Part shown: piece by piece, positions 35,611-45,186 of the stretch
Numbering within the stretch: position 1 is the first letter of the stretch
Layout of the letters: every line of letters starts with the position of its first letter
Origin: Oculatellaceae cyanobacterium bins.114
Lineage (GTDB): Bacteria; Cyanobacteriota; Cyanobacteriia; Elainellales; Elainellaceae
Assembly (NCBI GenBank): GCA_033764315.1
Contig: JANRJA010000105.1
Span: 1-45,186 of the forward strand
Length of the DNA: 45,186 nt
Reading direction: 5' to 3'
The notes under the pieces: generated by a model
Told to the model about the DNA's origin: nothing
Seen by the model: only the letters and a program-made list of their open reading frames with translations
Database searches by the model: none
Position numbers and translations under genes: made by a program

Positions 35611-38352
35611 ATGATTGAAACACTGACGAGACAGCCAATCCAGGATCAATGGCATCACCTATCCGCGAAAGAGGTTGTTCAAGCGTGGGAAACTGATCCT
35701 GAAACGGGTCTTTCCACACAAGACGTAATGGAACGGCGCGATCGCTTTGGTGCCAACGAACTGACTGCCCAGAAACGTCAGAGTGACTGGGTGCGTTTTC
35801 TCCAGCAATTTAACCAACCGCTGCTCTACATCCTGCTGGCAGCAGGCACTGTCACCGCTTTTTTGCACGAATGGATTGATGCGGGCGTGATCTTTGGAGT
35901 CACGATTCTCAATGCCGTGATTGGCTTTATTCAAGAAGCAAAAGCAGAAAATGCGATCGCCGCTCTCGCAGACTCGGTCACTACGGAAGCAACTCTCCTG
36001 AGGGATGGACAAAAACAGGTTATGTCCTCTAGTGAACTGGTGCCGGGAGATTTGGTGTTGTTGTCGTCGGGGGATAAAGTCCCGGCAGATTTGCGGCTGA
36101 TTGAAGTCTTTGATCTCCAGATCGATGAGTCAGGCTTGACCGGGGAATCGGTTCCGGTTGAAAAGAGCCTGAATCCACTGCCACCCGACACGCCTCTGGC
36201 AGAGCGGGCAAACATGGCTTACACCGGCAGCTTAGTTACCATTGGGCGAGGACTGGGATTGGTGGTCGCCACGGGTGAGCAGACTGAAACGGGGCATTTG
36301 TCCCAGATGATGCAGCAGAGCCACAGCCTGGAAACTCCCTTAACCCGAAAAATCGATCGCTTTGGCAAAACCCTGCTGTATGTCGTTCTGGCGCTGGCAT
36401 CCTTCACCTTTGCCGTGGGAGTGGCTCAGGGATTCTCCGGGGTTGAGGTGTTCAAAGCGGCGGTGGCGCTGGCGGTGAGTGCCATTCCTGAAGGCTTACC
36501 CGCCATCCTCACCGTGACCCTGGCGATCGGGGTTTCTCGGATGGCAAAGCATCATGCCATCATTCGTAAGTTGCCCGCCGTTGAAACCCTGGGCAGCACC
36601 ACCGTGATTTGTTCCGACAAAACCGGAACGCTCACCGAAAACCAGATGACGGTGCAGGAAGTTTATGCGGGACGGAAACTTTATCTGGTCAGTGGCGGCG
36701 GTTACGCGCCGGAGGGAGCTATTACGCTCAACGGACTGTCCGTTGATTTAGCCAAAACACCTGCCCTCTCTGAATGCTTGCAAGCGGGGCTATTATGCAA
36801 CGACTCCCAGCTTGAGGAACAAGACGGCAACTGGACCGTGGTAGGGAGTCCCACCGAGGGGGCGTTGGTGACGGCGGCTCGTAAGGCAGGGCTAACCCCA
36901 GAATCCTTGACAAAAGCCTTGCCGCGCAGGGCAACCCTGGCGTTTGAATCGCAGTTTCAGTACATGGCAACCTTGCACGATCGCGGTTCTGAGCGGTTGA
37001 TTTACGTTAAAGGTTCTATTGAGGCGATCCTTAAGCGGTGTCACCAGATGCTGGATGCTACGGGAAACACAACCACTCTTGATATCACTGCAATCGAACA
37101 AAGGGTCGATCGCATGGCAAACCAGGGGTTGAGAGTGCTGGCTTTAGCGAAAAAAACTGCTGCCCGCTCCAAAGCCTCTCTGGATCACTCTGACATTAAG
37201 CAAGATCTGGTTTTTCTGGGATTGCAAGGCATGATTGATCCACCTCGTCCGGAGGCAATTCAAGCAATTCGCTCCTGCCAGTCGGCTGGAATCCAGGTGA
37301 AGATGATCACAGGTGATCATGCCAAAACCGCCGCTGCGATTGCTTCGCAGCTGGGCATAGCCCAGAACGCTCACCGGATGGGACTGAATCAAAACGCCGC
37401 TGCCCCCATCTTTACCGGACGAGAACTGGCGGCGATGAGCGACCTGGAACTGACCAACGCCGCTGCCCAAAGCAATGTATTTGCCAGAGTTGCGCCAGAC
37501 CAAAAACTCCGCCTGGTCCAAGCCCTCCAGTCAAAAGGCGAAATTGTTGCCATGACCGGGGATGGTGTGAATGATGCGCCTGCTCTGAAACAGGCAGACA
37601 TCGGCACCGCGATGGGCATTACCGGCACCGAAGTCTCGAAAGAAGCGGCAGATATGATTCTGACGGATGACAACTTCGCCTCCATTGAACGAGCCGTCGA
37701 AGAGGGGCGCACCGTTTATAAGAATTTGTTGCGGGCGATCGCCTTCATCCTGCCCGTGAATGGCGGCGAATCCATGACCATTCTGATCGCAGTTCTGTTA
37801 GCCAGCCCCCTGCCTATTCTGCCGGTGCAAATCCTCTGGCTCAACATGGTGGGTTCGATCGCGCTATCAGTGCCCCTGGCATTCGAGCCACCCTCCCCCA
37901 ACGTGATGCAAAACCCGCCTCGTCCAACCAACGAGCCGCTCCTCTCCCGTCGTCTGATCGCCCGCATTCTGGCAGTGTCCCTCTTTAACTGGATTGTCAT
38001 TTTTGGCACCTTTGAGTGGGTTGTTCAAGCCACGGGTAACGAAGCTCTGGCGCGGACAATGGCAATTCAGGCATTGGTGGCAGCCGAAGCCTTTTACCTG
38101 CTCAGCATCAGCCGCTTTGTTCCAGCCATCCTCGCCAAACTGCGCGGTCAAACTGAACCTGTTGGCTACACCGTATTGTTTGGCATCAGTGCAGCATTCC
38201 TATTCCAAATGCTGTTTAGCCAATGGAACGTGATGAATCAACTCTTTGACACAGCCGCACTGAATTTAGGTCAGGCTCTCCTATGCATGGCGATCGGCTT
38301 ACCCATGATTGGGTTAGCCACACTGCTCAGGCGATTTGCTCCACTTAAGTAG
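35611..38352 (+). CDS. Cation-transporting P-type ATPase (type IIA, PacL/Pma1-like)
   Basis: TGES, IPEGLP, DKTGTLT, MITGD and TGDGVNDAPAL motifs. Confidence 0.96.
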   Translation: MIETLTRQPIQDQWHHLSAKEVVQAWETDPETGLSTQDVMERRDRFGANELTAQKRQSDWVRFLQQFNQPLLYILLAAGTVTAFLHEWIDAGVIFGVTILNAVIGFIQEAKAENAIAALADSVTTEATLLRDGQKQVMSSSELVPGDLVLLSSGDKVPADLRLIEVFDLQIDESGLTGESVPVEKSLNPLPPDTPLAERANMAYTGSLVTIGRGLGLVVATGEQTETGHLSQMMQQSHSLETPLTRKIDRFGKTLLYVVLALASFTFAVGVAQGFSGVEVFKAAVALAVSAIPEGLPAILTVTLAIGVSRMAKHHAIIRKLPAVETLGSTTVICSDKTGTLTENQMTVQEVYAGRKLYLVSGGGYAPEGAITLNGLSVDLAKTPALSECLQAGLLCNDSQLEEQDGNWTVVGSPTEGALVTAARKAGLTPESLTKALPRRATLAFESQFQYMATLHDRGSERLIYVKGSIEAILKRCHQMLDATGNTTTLDITAIEQRVDRMANQGLRVLALAKKTAARSKASLDHSDIKQDLVFLGLQGMIDPPRPEAIQAIRSCQSAGIQVKMITGDHAKTAAAIASQLGIAQNAHRMGLNQNAAAPIFTGRELAAMSDLELTNAAAQSNVFARVAPDQKLRLVQALQSKGEIVAMTGDGVNDAPALKQADIGTAMGITGTEVSKEAADMILTDDNFASIERAVEEGRTVYKNLLRAIAFILPVNGGESMTILIAVLLASPLPILPVQILWLNMVGSIALSVPLAFEPPSPNVMQNPPRPTNEPLLSRRLIARILAVSLFNWIVIFGTFEWVVQATGNEALARTMAIQALVAAEAFYLLSISRFVPAILAKLRGQTEPVGYTVLFGISAAFLFQMLFSQWNVMNQLFDTAALNLGQALLCMAIGLPMIGLATLLRRFAPLK

Positions 38353-38424
38353 TTAATCCTAAAGAACCAGCAATGAATTCCCGGCATCTCCTGACATGAG
38401 AAGCATTACGACTGAACCTTACCG

Positions 38425-38973
38425 ATGGAATCAATCATGAATACTAAAAACCTCAAACAAGCCATTGGCGTTTTTCCAAATCGGGAAAAAGTAGAACAAG
38501 CAGTGCTTGGGCTACAGAGCATCAATTTTCCAATGCATCAAATCTCCGTGGTGCCCTCAACAACAAATGCGACTACATGCAGTAACCACAGCAAAGCAGC
38601 TACCATCACTCGTGTAGAGGGAGCACAAGCAGGCGCAGTACTTGGAAGTGTGGGAGTTGGTTTAACGACACTCACCATTGGATTAGGAGTTTTATGCGTG
38701 CCTGGAGTGGGTCCAGCACTCGCACTCGATAGCATCCTGACCGTCTTTCTAGGCGGTGGTATGGCGTCTGCTGCAGGCGGGTTATACGGCGCATTTTTGG
38801 GATATTTGGCCCCTGAGAAACAAGTCAAACGCTACAAAGAACAATTGAAGCCGGGAGATTGCTTAGTCATCATCGAGGCAACAGAACCCCAAATTCTTTC
38901 TGCTGAACCAATTCTCCGGCGTTGTAGTGTTCATTCGTGGCAGGTCTATGATCTTCCCCAAAGGTTGAAGTGA
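38425..38973 (+). CDS. General stress protein-like glycine-zipper membrane protein
   Basis: AIGVF...A...L....F...ISV; GA..G...PGVGP; Y...L..G..LV pattern. Confidence 0.75.
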   Translation: MESIMNTKNLKQAIGVFPNREKVEQAVLGLQSINFPMHQISVVPSTTNATTCSNHSKAATITRVEGAQAGAVLGSVGVGLTTLTIGLGVLCVPGVGPALALDSILTVFLGGGMASAAGGLYGAFLGYLAPEKQVKRYKEQLKPGDCLVIIEATEPQILSAEPILRRCSVHSWQVYDLPQRLK

Positions 38974-39000
38974 TGAGAGTTATTTTCACTAGACTTTAAC

Positions 39001-39042
39001 GGAAATTGTTTTGTAACTTTGCCGCACTATAAAACAATTTCC
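39001..39042. terminator. Long AT-rich hairpin downstream of the stress-protein gene
   Basis: GGAAATTGTTTTGTA-N12-TATAAAACAATTTCC (14 of 15 positions complementary). Confidence 0.45.
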
Positions 39043-39393
39043 AACTCCAAAAATCTTATTCCCATGCTAATTTCGATACCCACATAGAGGAGTTTGTAGA
39101 GCAGTTTTTCACCGGGCAAAATTGCTGCCATCACACTTAGGATCGCCAGGACATATTAATACTGCTCATCCCTGCTATACAGCATCTCACTTTCGTTGTG
39201 AATCACTCACCTGAGCTATAACGAAAGATGTAAAGATATGCACTCACACTTCAACGAAGGTCTGAGCAACGTTTCTCAATTCACTGAGACGTGATTCAAA
39301 GCCATTCTAATAACGTATAAATATTTGAGTACAGGGCAGTTGCCCGTGACTCAGTCATTCACGACCCAGAAAATCCCCAGCACCCACCCATAG

Positions 39394-40137
39394 CTAAACT
39401 CCCAGAGCCTCAATAACCAACCGGGCTGCTGCTGCTCCAGAGTATTGCTGTTGTCCAGTAATCAGGCGATCGTCTCGTACTGCAAAGGGTTGAAACCGCC
39501 CTCCAGTAATGAAATTTGTTTTGGGAATCTGCTTGGCTTCATCCTCAATCCAAAAAGGTTGAATTCGCTTACCTACAAAACTATCGGCATACTCCTCTTC
39601 AGAGTTGGCGAAGCCTGTCCAGGTTTTCCCTTCAACCAGTAGTTGCCCATTCGAGAGTTTTGTTTTCAGCAGGATGCAAGTGCCATGACAAATGGCTGCT
39701 GTTACCTTACCTGCCTCATAAAACCTGGCAAACAGGGTGTGCAACGCCTCGTTATCAATAAAGGTGTACATCGGCCCCTGTCCACCGCAGACAAAGATCG
39801 CGTCGTAATCTGTCACCTTTATACTGTCAATGCTTTTCGTTTCCATTAAGGCAGCATGTTTGGGACTGCTCAAAAAGCCTAAACTGATTAAATCATCGGC
39901 AGAGTAACCACTTTGATCGCGAGGATCGCTGAAGGAATCAATTTCTAACTTTCCACCATCGGGGCTGACAATCTCAACTTGATAGCCGTGTTCTGTGAAC
40001 TCGTAATAGGGATGGGTCAATTCCGATGCCCACACGCCAATTTGCCAACCCGTTTGTGAAGAGACGGTGGGATTTGAGGCAACCAGAACCACTTTCTTGG
40101 GTTGGTCTGGATTGAGAACGTTAATCTTTGCACTCAT
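39394..40137 (-). CDS. DJ-1/PfpI (Hsp31-like) type 1 glutamine amidotransferase domain protein
   Basis: GVWASELTHPY, YDAIFVCGGQG, AAICHG and LITGQQ motifs. Confidence 0.92.
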   Translation of the reverse strand: MSAKINVLNPDQPKKVVLVASNPTVSSQTGWQIGVWASELTHPYYEFTEHGYQVEIVSPDGGKLEIDSFSDPRDQSGYSADDLISLGFLSSPKHAALMETKSIDSIKVTDYDAIFVCGGQGPMYTFIDNEALHTLFARFYEAGKVTAAICHGTCILLKTKLSNGQLLVEGKTWTGFANSEEEYADSFVGKRIQPFWIEDEAKQIPKTNFITGGRFQPFAVRDDRLITGQQQYSGAAAARLVIEALGV

Positions 40138-40288
40138 AACAACTCCTAACGCACGGATAATTCAGTCCGCTGCAAGCCATGCTGTCTTTCCCTCATCATG
40201 GACAGACCTGCGTTATTTGTCCAATTGATTGTTGATATGAGCGGTATCCATCACATGAATATGACAGGAGTAGAAAGATTTGCTGTCA

Positions 40289-40885
40289 CTACGCAGTTAT
40301 CAATTTCGCCAGAATCTCCTCATACATAATCTGTTGAATTTGATGTCCCGCACCATTTGCCCAATCATAGGCAAGCTCTGCCATCAGTTGATTGGTCGTC
40401 GTGAGCGTCACGCCATGATCTTTCATTCTCTGGGCTGAGGTTTCGTCCGCCACTTGTGTTGGTGAGCCGCCCGCATCAATGACAACCTGCACTTCATAGC
40501 CGTCTTCGGTCGCACTGATTGCTGGAAAGACAACACAGACATCGTTGGTCAGACCTGCCATCACTAGCTTCTTCCTACCTGTTGCCTCTACTGCTTTCCT
40601 AAACGGTTCATATTCCCAGCAGTCAACAATACCGGGACGCTTCACTCGGTTTTCGTAGGCTTCAGGTGCGAGTTTCTGCAAATCCTCAAGCAGTAACCCT
40701 TGAAAGTTTTCTTCCTCGCTGCTGGTTAAAACGAGTGGCATTCCGGTTTCTTTTGCTGTTCTTGCCAAAGCTCTAGTGTTTTGTACAATCTGCTCATAAG
40801 CAATGTTTTTAGCGAGTTTAATGGTGCCTTGCTGATGGTCAATCAACAACATGGCTGCATTATCAATAGTGAATTTGTTCTTCAC
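40289..40885 (-). CDS. Isochorismatase/YcaC-like cysteine hydrolase
   Basis: LLIDHQ, ATGRKKLVMAGLTNDVCVVFPA and VVIDAGGS motifs. Confidence 0.92.
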   Translation of the reverse strand: MKNKFTIDNAAMLLIDHQQGTIKLAKNIAYEQIVQNTRALARTAKETGMPLVLTSSEEENFQGLLLEDLQKLAPEAYENRVKRPGIVDCWEYEPFRKAVEATGRKKLVMAGLTNDVCVVFPAISATEDGYEVQVVIDAGGSPTQVADETSAQRMKDHGVTLTTTNQLMAELAYDWANGAGHQIQQIMYEEILAKLITA

Positions 40886-41160
40886 AGGATTCTCCTAAGG
40901 TTAAACGTTAAAACGCTGCTAAATCCGCTGGTAAGGAACTTGTGGTCGTCTTGAGGTATTGGTAATCGTTAAATGAATTCAATAGACTCTACACTCCAGG
41001 CAGAAATTGGCATTGCATCTCTGTGAAGCTAAGAATCTTAAACGTTGGGTCTTCTTTGAAAAGCATTGTCCACTTGTCCACTACTTGCAGATGAATCCCA
41101 ATGCCAAATAAGATTACACAGGACATTGGTGCTTGTCCAATACTGTTTTTGACTTAATTG

Positions 41161-41175
41161 ATACCTTTAAGGTAT
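41161..41175. promoter_or_regulatory. LysR recognition box ATAC-N7-GTAT
   Basis: ATACCTTTAAGGTAT palindrome immediately upstream of the lysR ATG; CatR/BenM-type site. Confidence 0.7.
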
Positions 41176-41184
41176 GAGATAAAA

Positions 41185-42096
41185 ATGGAATTACGTCAGC
41201 TACGCTATTTTCTAGCCGTGGTCGAGGAAATGAATTTTAGTCGGGCAGCCGATCGGCTTCAAATTGCCCAACCACCCTTGAGCCGACAAATTCACCAACT
41301 TGAAACGGAATTAGGGGTAGAACTCTTCCACCGCACTAAACGCCAGATTCAGTTAACCGAGATTGGCAAGATTTTTTTAGCAGAAGCCCGCCAGATCCTA
41401 GAGCGTGTTGATCAGGGCATGAAGACTGTAGCACGGGCAAATCGTGGCGAAATGGGTCAGCTTGTGGTTGGGTTTGAAGGATCGTCAACCTATGATGTCA
41501 TTCCAGTTTCACTCAAGGTTTACCGTGAACGATTCCCGGATGTTGATCTGGCAGTGTATGCCATGACGACTGAAGAGCAGTTTCAGGCGTTGCTGGATGG
41601 TCGGATTCAGGTTGGCTTTATGGTGTCGCCCCTCAAAAATAAATACCTGACCCTTGAACCCATCCTACGGGAATCTTTGGTTTTAGCTCTCCCTGAAAAC
41701 CATCCATTAGCCGTCAAAAGCCAGGTGAAAGTGCAAGACTTAGAGAGTGAAGCATTTATTATGTTTCACCGTCATCGGGGGTGCGGTTTGTATGACAATG
41801 CGATCGCCGTCTGTCGAAGAGCGGGTTTCAGTCCCAGGGTGATTCAAGAAGCCGATGAGATGCAGGTAATTCTAGGATTTGTTGCAGCGGGACTGGGCAT
41901 CGCGTTACTGTCTGCCTCCGTCCAACAGTTTCAACGACCTGGGGTGACTTACCGTTCATTGCTACCCGCGACACCAAAAGTTGTCCTGGCTTTAGCCTGG
42001 CAACACACCAATCAATCCCCTGTTTTGCAAGCTTTTGTGCAGGTAGTGAGAGAGTCACTGAATACTTTGGCAAGCAATGATCAACGTGAAGAGTGA
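41185..42096 (+). CDS. LysR-family regulator (BenM/CatM-like)
   Basis: MELRQLRYFLAVVEEMNFSRAADRLQIAQPPLSRQI; likely start 41185. Confidence 0.95.
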   Translation: MELRQLRYFLAVVEEMNFSRAADRLQIAQPPLSRQIHQLETELGVELFHRTKRQIQLTEIGKIFLAEARQILERVDQGMKTVARANRGEMGQLVVGFEGSSTYDVIPVSLKVYRERFPDVDLAVYAMTTEEQFQALLDGRIQVGFMVSPLKNKYLTLEPILRESLVLALPENHPLAVKSQVKVQDLESEAFIMFHRHRGCGLYDNAIAVCRRAGFSPRVIQEADEMQVILGFVAAGLGIALLSASVQQFQRPGVTYRSLLPATPKVVLALAWQHTNQSPVLQAFVQVVRESLNTLASNDQREE

Positions 42097-42116
42097 GCAT
42101 CCTAAACGGATGCTCA
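42094..42116. terminator. Stem-loop between convergent genes
   Basis: TGAGCATCC-TAAAC-GGATGCTCA perfect 9-bp stem. Confidence 0.5.
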
Positions 42117-42203
42117 TCATTCCGCATAGCGTATTTGAACAAGTCACCACCCGGCAATGGCGGCAGGTGTTATCTCAACCGGGAGAACTGTTGTAGCTAA
42201 GCA

Positions 42204-42623
42204 TTAATGAATCGCATTAATCGCTTTGGCTTCTCCCTGAATATTGCCAGGATCGTAGAAGAACCGTTCGTGAATAATTTTTCCATCTTTCCAGGTTTGT
42301 ATGGCTAACTCTTCAATTCGGATGCGATAGCCATCTTGAGTTGAGAGGTCAATGTGTGCCTCAATCACAGACTGACCATCCAGGGGATGAGCTTCTGTGA
42401 AACCATCCACCAACACTGCGCCAATCTTAAACTCATGCACCTCTTTGAGATTGGCATTCATTCGTTGTTGTCGTTCAATGCTGAGCGATCGCCCAATGCG
42501 GGGTGGCTGTAAATTTTCCTGCACCACCACATCCTCTGCATAAAACGTTTCGTACACCTGCTCTGGTGGCGGATTGGTCGCGAGAAACTCCAATAATTCT
42601 TGAACTCGTTGACGCAAATTCAT
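42204..42623 (-). CDS. SnoaL-like protein with an apparent 9-aa in-frame insertion
   Basis: FYAEDVVVQEN...EELAIQTWKDGKIIHERFFY. Confidence 0.85.
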   Translation of the reverse strand: MNLRQRVQELLEFLATNPPPEQVYETFYAEDVVVQENLQPPRIGRSLSIERQQRMNANLKEVHEFKIGAVLVDGFTEAHPLDGQSVIEAHIDLSTQDGYRIRIEELAIQTWKDGKIIHERFFYDPGNIQGEAKAINAIH

Positions 42624-42632
42624 CCTCGACTC

Positions 42633-42923
42633 CTACTGTGCAAATAGCGTTTCTAAGCCGACATAGGGCTTCAGGGGAATAATCTCAAGAGTTAAAACAC
42701 CTGCCTTTACCATTGGCAATTCAGCCGCTGCTGCTTCCACTTCTGCCAAACTGGTTGCGTCGTACATCAGCACCGCCCCACCCATATTGGCAAAGTAGTA
42801 AACCGACTTTACGCGATCGGCAGCGTAGTATTCCCAAACTTTAGCAGCTTCCGGTTTGACGAGCGATCGCAGTTGTTCCATCGGGGTTCCATCAACCACC
42901 CGCGCAATCATCAGAAATAGCAT
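42633..42923 (-). CDS. Muconolactone-isomerase-like dimeric alpha/beta barrel protein
   Basis: EAAKVWEYY...GAVL...LPMVKAG...EIIPLKPY. Confidence 0.65.
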   Translation of the reverse strand: MLFLMIARVVDGTPMEQLRSLVKPEAAKVWEYYAADRVKSVYYFANMGGAVLMYDATSLAEVEAAAAELPMVKAGVLTLEIIPLKPYVGLETLFAQ

Positions 42924-42932
42924 CCTACACCT

Positions 42933-43913
42933 CTAAGGAATCAAAATAATTTTGCCAAAAGCACCCGACTGACCAATCAGTTCAAGGGCTTTTGGCGCAT
43001 CACTTAACGGCATTTCCTGTCCAATAATGGGGCGCAATGTGCCATTCTCCAGCCCTGCAAAAATGGCCGCTTTCATCGCCAAAATTTCTATGGGAGATGC
43101 TGCGTTAATGAAAAGTCCCAGAATATCGGCATTTTTGAATAAGGTTGCGAATGGATTAAATTCCGTTCGTCCCGCTGCGCCTTCCCCAACATCCTTGCCA
43201 CCGATCATCACAATGCGACCGTTAAAGGCAATCATTTGGGTCGATTTCGGTAAATTCACATCTGCTTTCATATCCAGGATTAAATCAACTCCTCGCCCCT
43301 GGGTCAGGTCTAGAATCTCCTGGATGTAGCCTGGTGCAGAGTGATCAAACACATGATGCGCTCCTTCCTGTTTGACCAACTCCCGCCCTTTCTCAGAACT
43401 GGCGGTTCCAATCACATAAAATCCGGCGGCTCTTGCCATTTGTACGGCGGCGATGCCGACTCCACCGCTTGCGCCATGCACTAATACGGTTTCACCCGGT
43501 GTTCCTCGTCCTTTGCCATATAGTACGTAGTGGGCTGTATAGTAGGGACCGCGAAGGCTGGCTCCTTGAGCGAAGGATGTGTTGTCAGGAAGCGGATAGA
43601 CTTCAGCCGCATCATACAAAACCTGCTCAGCATAGGTGCCCGTAAGCGATCGCCCACCATAGACGCGATCGCCCACGTTTACCGTCGTTACCCCTTCACC
43701 CACAGCAGCGACGACTCCAGCCGCATCATCGCCGGGGGTAAAGGGTAGAGGCGGACGAGCAACCAGTCCAGCACAAATCAGCCGATGTAGGGGATTGACC
43801 CCGATCGCCTTGACCTGCATCACAACCTGCCCCGGTGCAGGCTGAAAATCTGGAACCTCTTCAATCTGTAAAACCTCTGGTGTACCAAACTGGTGCACTC
43901 GAATCGCTTTCAT
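42933..43913 (-). CDS. NADPH:quinone reductase (zeta-crystallin/MDR family)
   Basis: MKAIRVHQFG.PEVL, VLVHGASGGVG and GKIIL motifs. Confidence 0.92.
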   Translation of the reverse strand: MKAIRVHQFGTPEVLQIEEVPDFQPAPGQVVMQVKAIGVNPLHRLICAGLVARPPLPFTPGDDAAGVVAAVGEGVTTVNVGDRVYGGRSLTGTYAEQVLYDAAEVYPLPDNTSFAQGASLRGPYYTAHYVLYGKGRGTPGETVLVHGASGGVGIAAVQMARAAGFYVIGTASSEKGRELVKQEGAHHVFDHSAPGYIQEILDLTQGRGVDLILDMKADVNLPKSTQMIAFNGRIVMIGGKDVGEGAAGRTEFNPFATLFKNADILGLFINAASPIEILAMKAAIFAGLENGTLRPIIGQEMPLSDAPKALELIGQSGAFGKIILIP

Positions 43914-43970
43914 CTCATGCTCGCTCTGCTACAACTGCAATAGAGTCAGCATAGAGAAAGTAAAAAGACC

Positions 43971-44008
43971 TGTATAACGAATTCCTGCTTTGTATATCAA
44001 ATTCCTGC
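43971..44008. promoter_or_regulatory. Tandem direct repeat, putative AraC-family binding sites
   Basis: TGTATAACGAATTCCTGC and TGTATATCAAATTCCTGC with 20-bp period, between the araC stop and the reductase start. Confidence 0.65.
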
Positions 44009-44010
44009 GA

Positions 44011-44904
44011 CTAATCGCGCAACGTCTGGGGTGTGGTTTGGTAATGCCGTTTGAACTGCTGCGTCAGGTGGCTTTGGTTGGAAAATCCAGTCGTGTAGGC
44101 AATCTGAGCGATCGTCAAATCACTGTGTTGGAGTAACTCTTTCGCTCTTTCTAAGCGACATTGAATGACGTACTGATAAGGACTCAACCCAGTTGACTGT
44201 TTAAATAAACGGGAAAAGTGATAAGCACTCATGCCAATGACGGTTGCCATCTGACTCAAACTCAAGTCACCGTGCAGAGAGTTGTGAATGTAATCAATGA
44301 TTTGATGTAGTTTGTGTTTGGGTAATCCATCTGATGTCGAAATCTTATTGGGTAGTGTGCGAACGGAGTAATTTCGTAGCAGATGAATTGCTAGCGTTTG
44401 GGCGATCGCCTCTGCATACAGCCGTCCACCCGGTTGGGCAGCTTCCAGTTCAGCCTTCAGTGCCAGTGCCATACTGTGAATCAGCGAATCTTGCGTTGCT
44501 AACAACAGCTTCAGTTCTACGGTCTCTGTTTCTGAGAGGGCGATCGCGTTTTGCGCTAATAAACCTGGATCAATCCCAATCAAGATAAACTCCGATTCCT
44601 GCTCCCATCGCAGCGTGTAATCGATACCCGCTGGATAAATTGCCACATCTCCGGTTAAAAAACGCTCTCGCTGCAATTGCCCATCAATCCGTCGTTCGAC
44701 CTTTCGAGTAGCCCCAATGTTAATGCTTAAAACATGCTGGGAAAGTTGGTTCTCTGGCATTTCCCAGGCAGGTTGACGGTGGTGTGCTAGAAAGATTCCC
44801 TGCCAAAGCGTTGGATCACTGACCTGGAGGGGCGATCGGGGAAATATCTTTAGAAAAGGCTCATTTTCTTTCAGATCAACGGTTAAGGGTGCTGGCTCTG
44901 GCAT
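44011..44904 (-). CDS. AraC-family transcriptional regulator
   Basis: LSLSQMA...MSAYHFSRLFKQSTGLSPYQY...IA...GFSNQSHLT..FKR. Confidence 0.94.
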   Translation of the reverse strand: MPEPAPLTVDLKENEPFLKIFPRSPLQVSDPTLWQGIFLAHHRQPAWEMPENQLSQHVLSINIGATRKVERRIDGQLQRERFLTGDVAIYPAGIDYTLRWEQESEFILIGIDPGLLAQNAIALSETETVELKLLLATQDSLIHSMALALKAELEAAQPGGRLYAEAIAQTLAIHLLRNYSVRTLPNKISTSDGLPKHKLHQIIDYIHNSLHGDLSLSQMATVIGMSAYHFSRLFKQSTGLSPYQYVIQCRLERAKELLQHSDLTIAQIAYTTGFSNQSHLTQQFKRHYQTTPQTLRD

Positions 44905-45186
44905 AACGTCTACGCAAAAAAGCTGTTTTTAGAAGATAGCAGAGATGATGCAACATCGCTGTTTACGGCGAGACGAATCGAGAACCCTGTGCCCAATGAA
45001 TGATCATAGGGTAGCTGGGATAGCTGCATTCATTGTTGTGGCGATCGCCAGCAATTCTCATTATGGCGAAGAGCTGTTCAATCTTCTGAAATGTCGGTAT
45101 TGTAAGGACATCTAAATCACCCAAGAGAGCCAGAACCGTTGAAAAAACGGGGATTATTTGACACGATAGTGGGTTCTTTTCGCCAA

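Noticed and set aside
39090..39300. Weak inverted repeats (AGCAGTTTT..AAAATTGCT; TTTCGTTGTGA..TCAACGAA) as another element or ncRNA
   Set aside because: Too degenerate to delimit without a search.
1..45186. HIP1 (GCGATCGC) abundance as a novel repeat
   Set aside because: Well-known cyanobacterial feature; used only for taxonomic inference.
44905..45186. Possible gene fragment at the right edge
   Set aside because: No convincing ORF or motif could be read.

Overview
Chromosomal window from a cyanobacterium, probably filamentous and Leptolyngbya/Oculatella-like. This is inferred from very frequent HIP1 octamers (GCGATCGC), crtW and typical cyanobacterial repeats. Left to right it holds: the 5' part of a fused EIIA(Fru)-HPr-EI PTS gene (absent from the ORF track because it runs off the window) divergent from PEP synthase; ynfA and crtW; a repeat-rich zone with a VapBC-like pair, an hsdM remnant and a degenerate 21-bp tandem array upstream of an uncharacterised helical protein; a redox/detox block (ECF sigma, GST, YciI, cupin, SDR, TetR; then GST, PNPOx-like, cynS, DUF1348, Rof-like); gcvT and selO; three ~87-bp attC-like palindromes around a DUF433/DUF5615 pair; a decayed four-helix-bundle gene; a PAS histidine kinase that looks 5'-truncated; an M23 peptidase, an ANT(2'')-like nucleotidyltransferase and a DHFR-like gene; a 231-bp gene-less element with Tn7-like/type V-K CAST-like ends; ion-homeostasis genes (NhaP, TrkA, two-component pair, TauE, P-type ATPase); and LysR- and AraC-regulated stress enzyme clusters. 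I recognised no rRNA, tRNA, CRISPR array, intact transposase or integrase. All family calls are by eye from motifs and memory; no searches were run.
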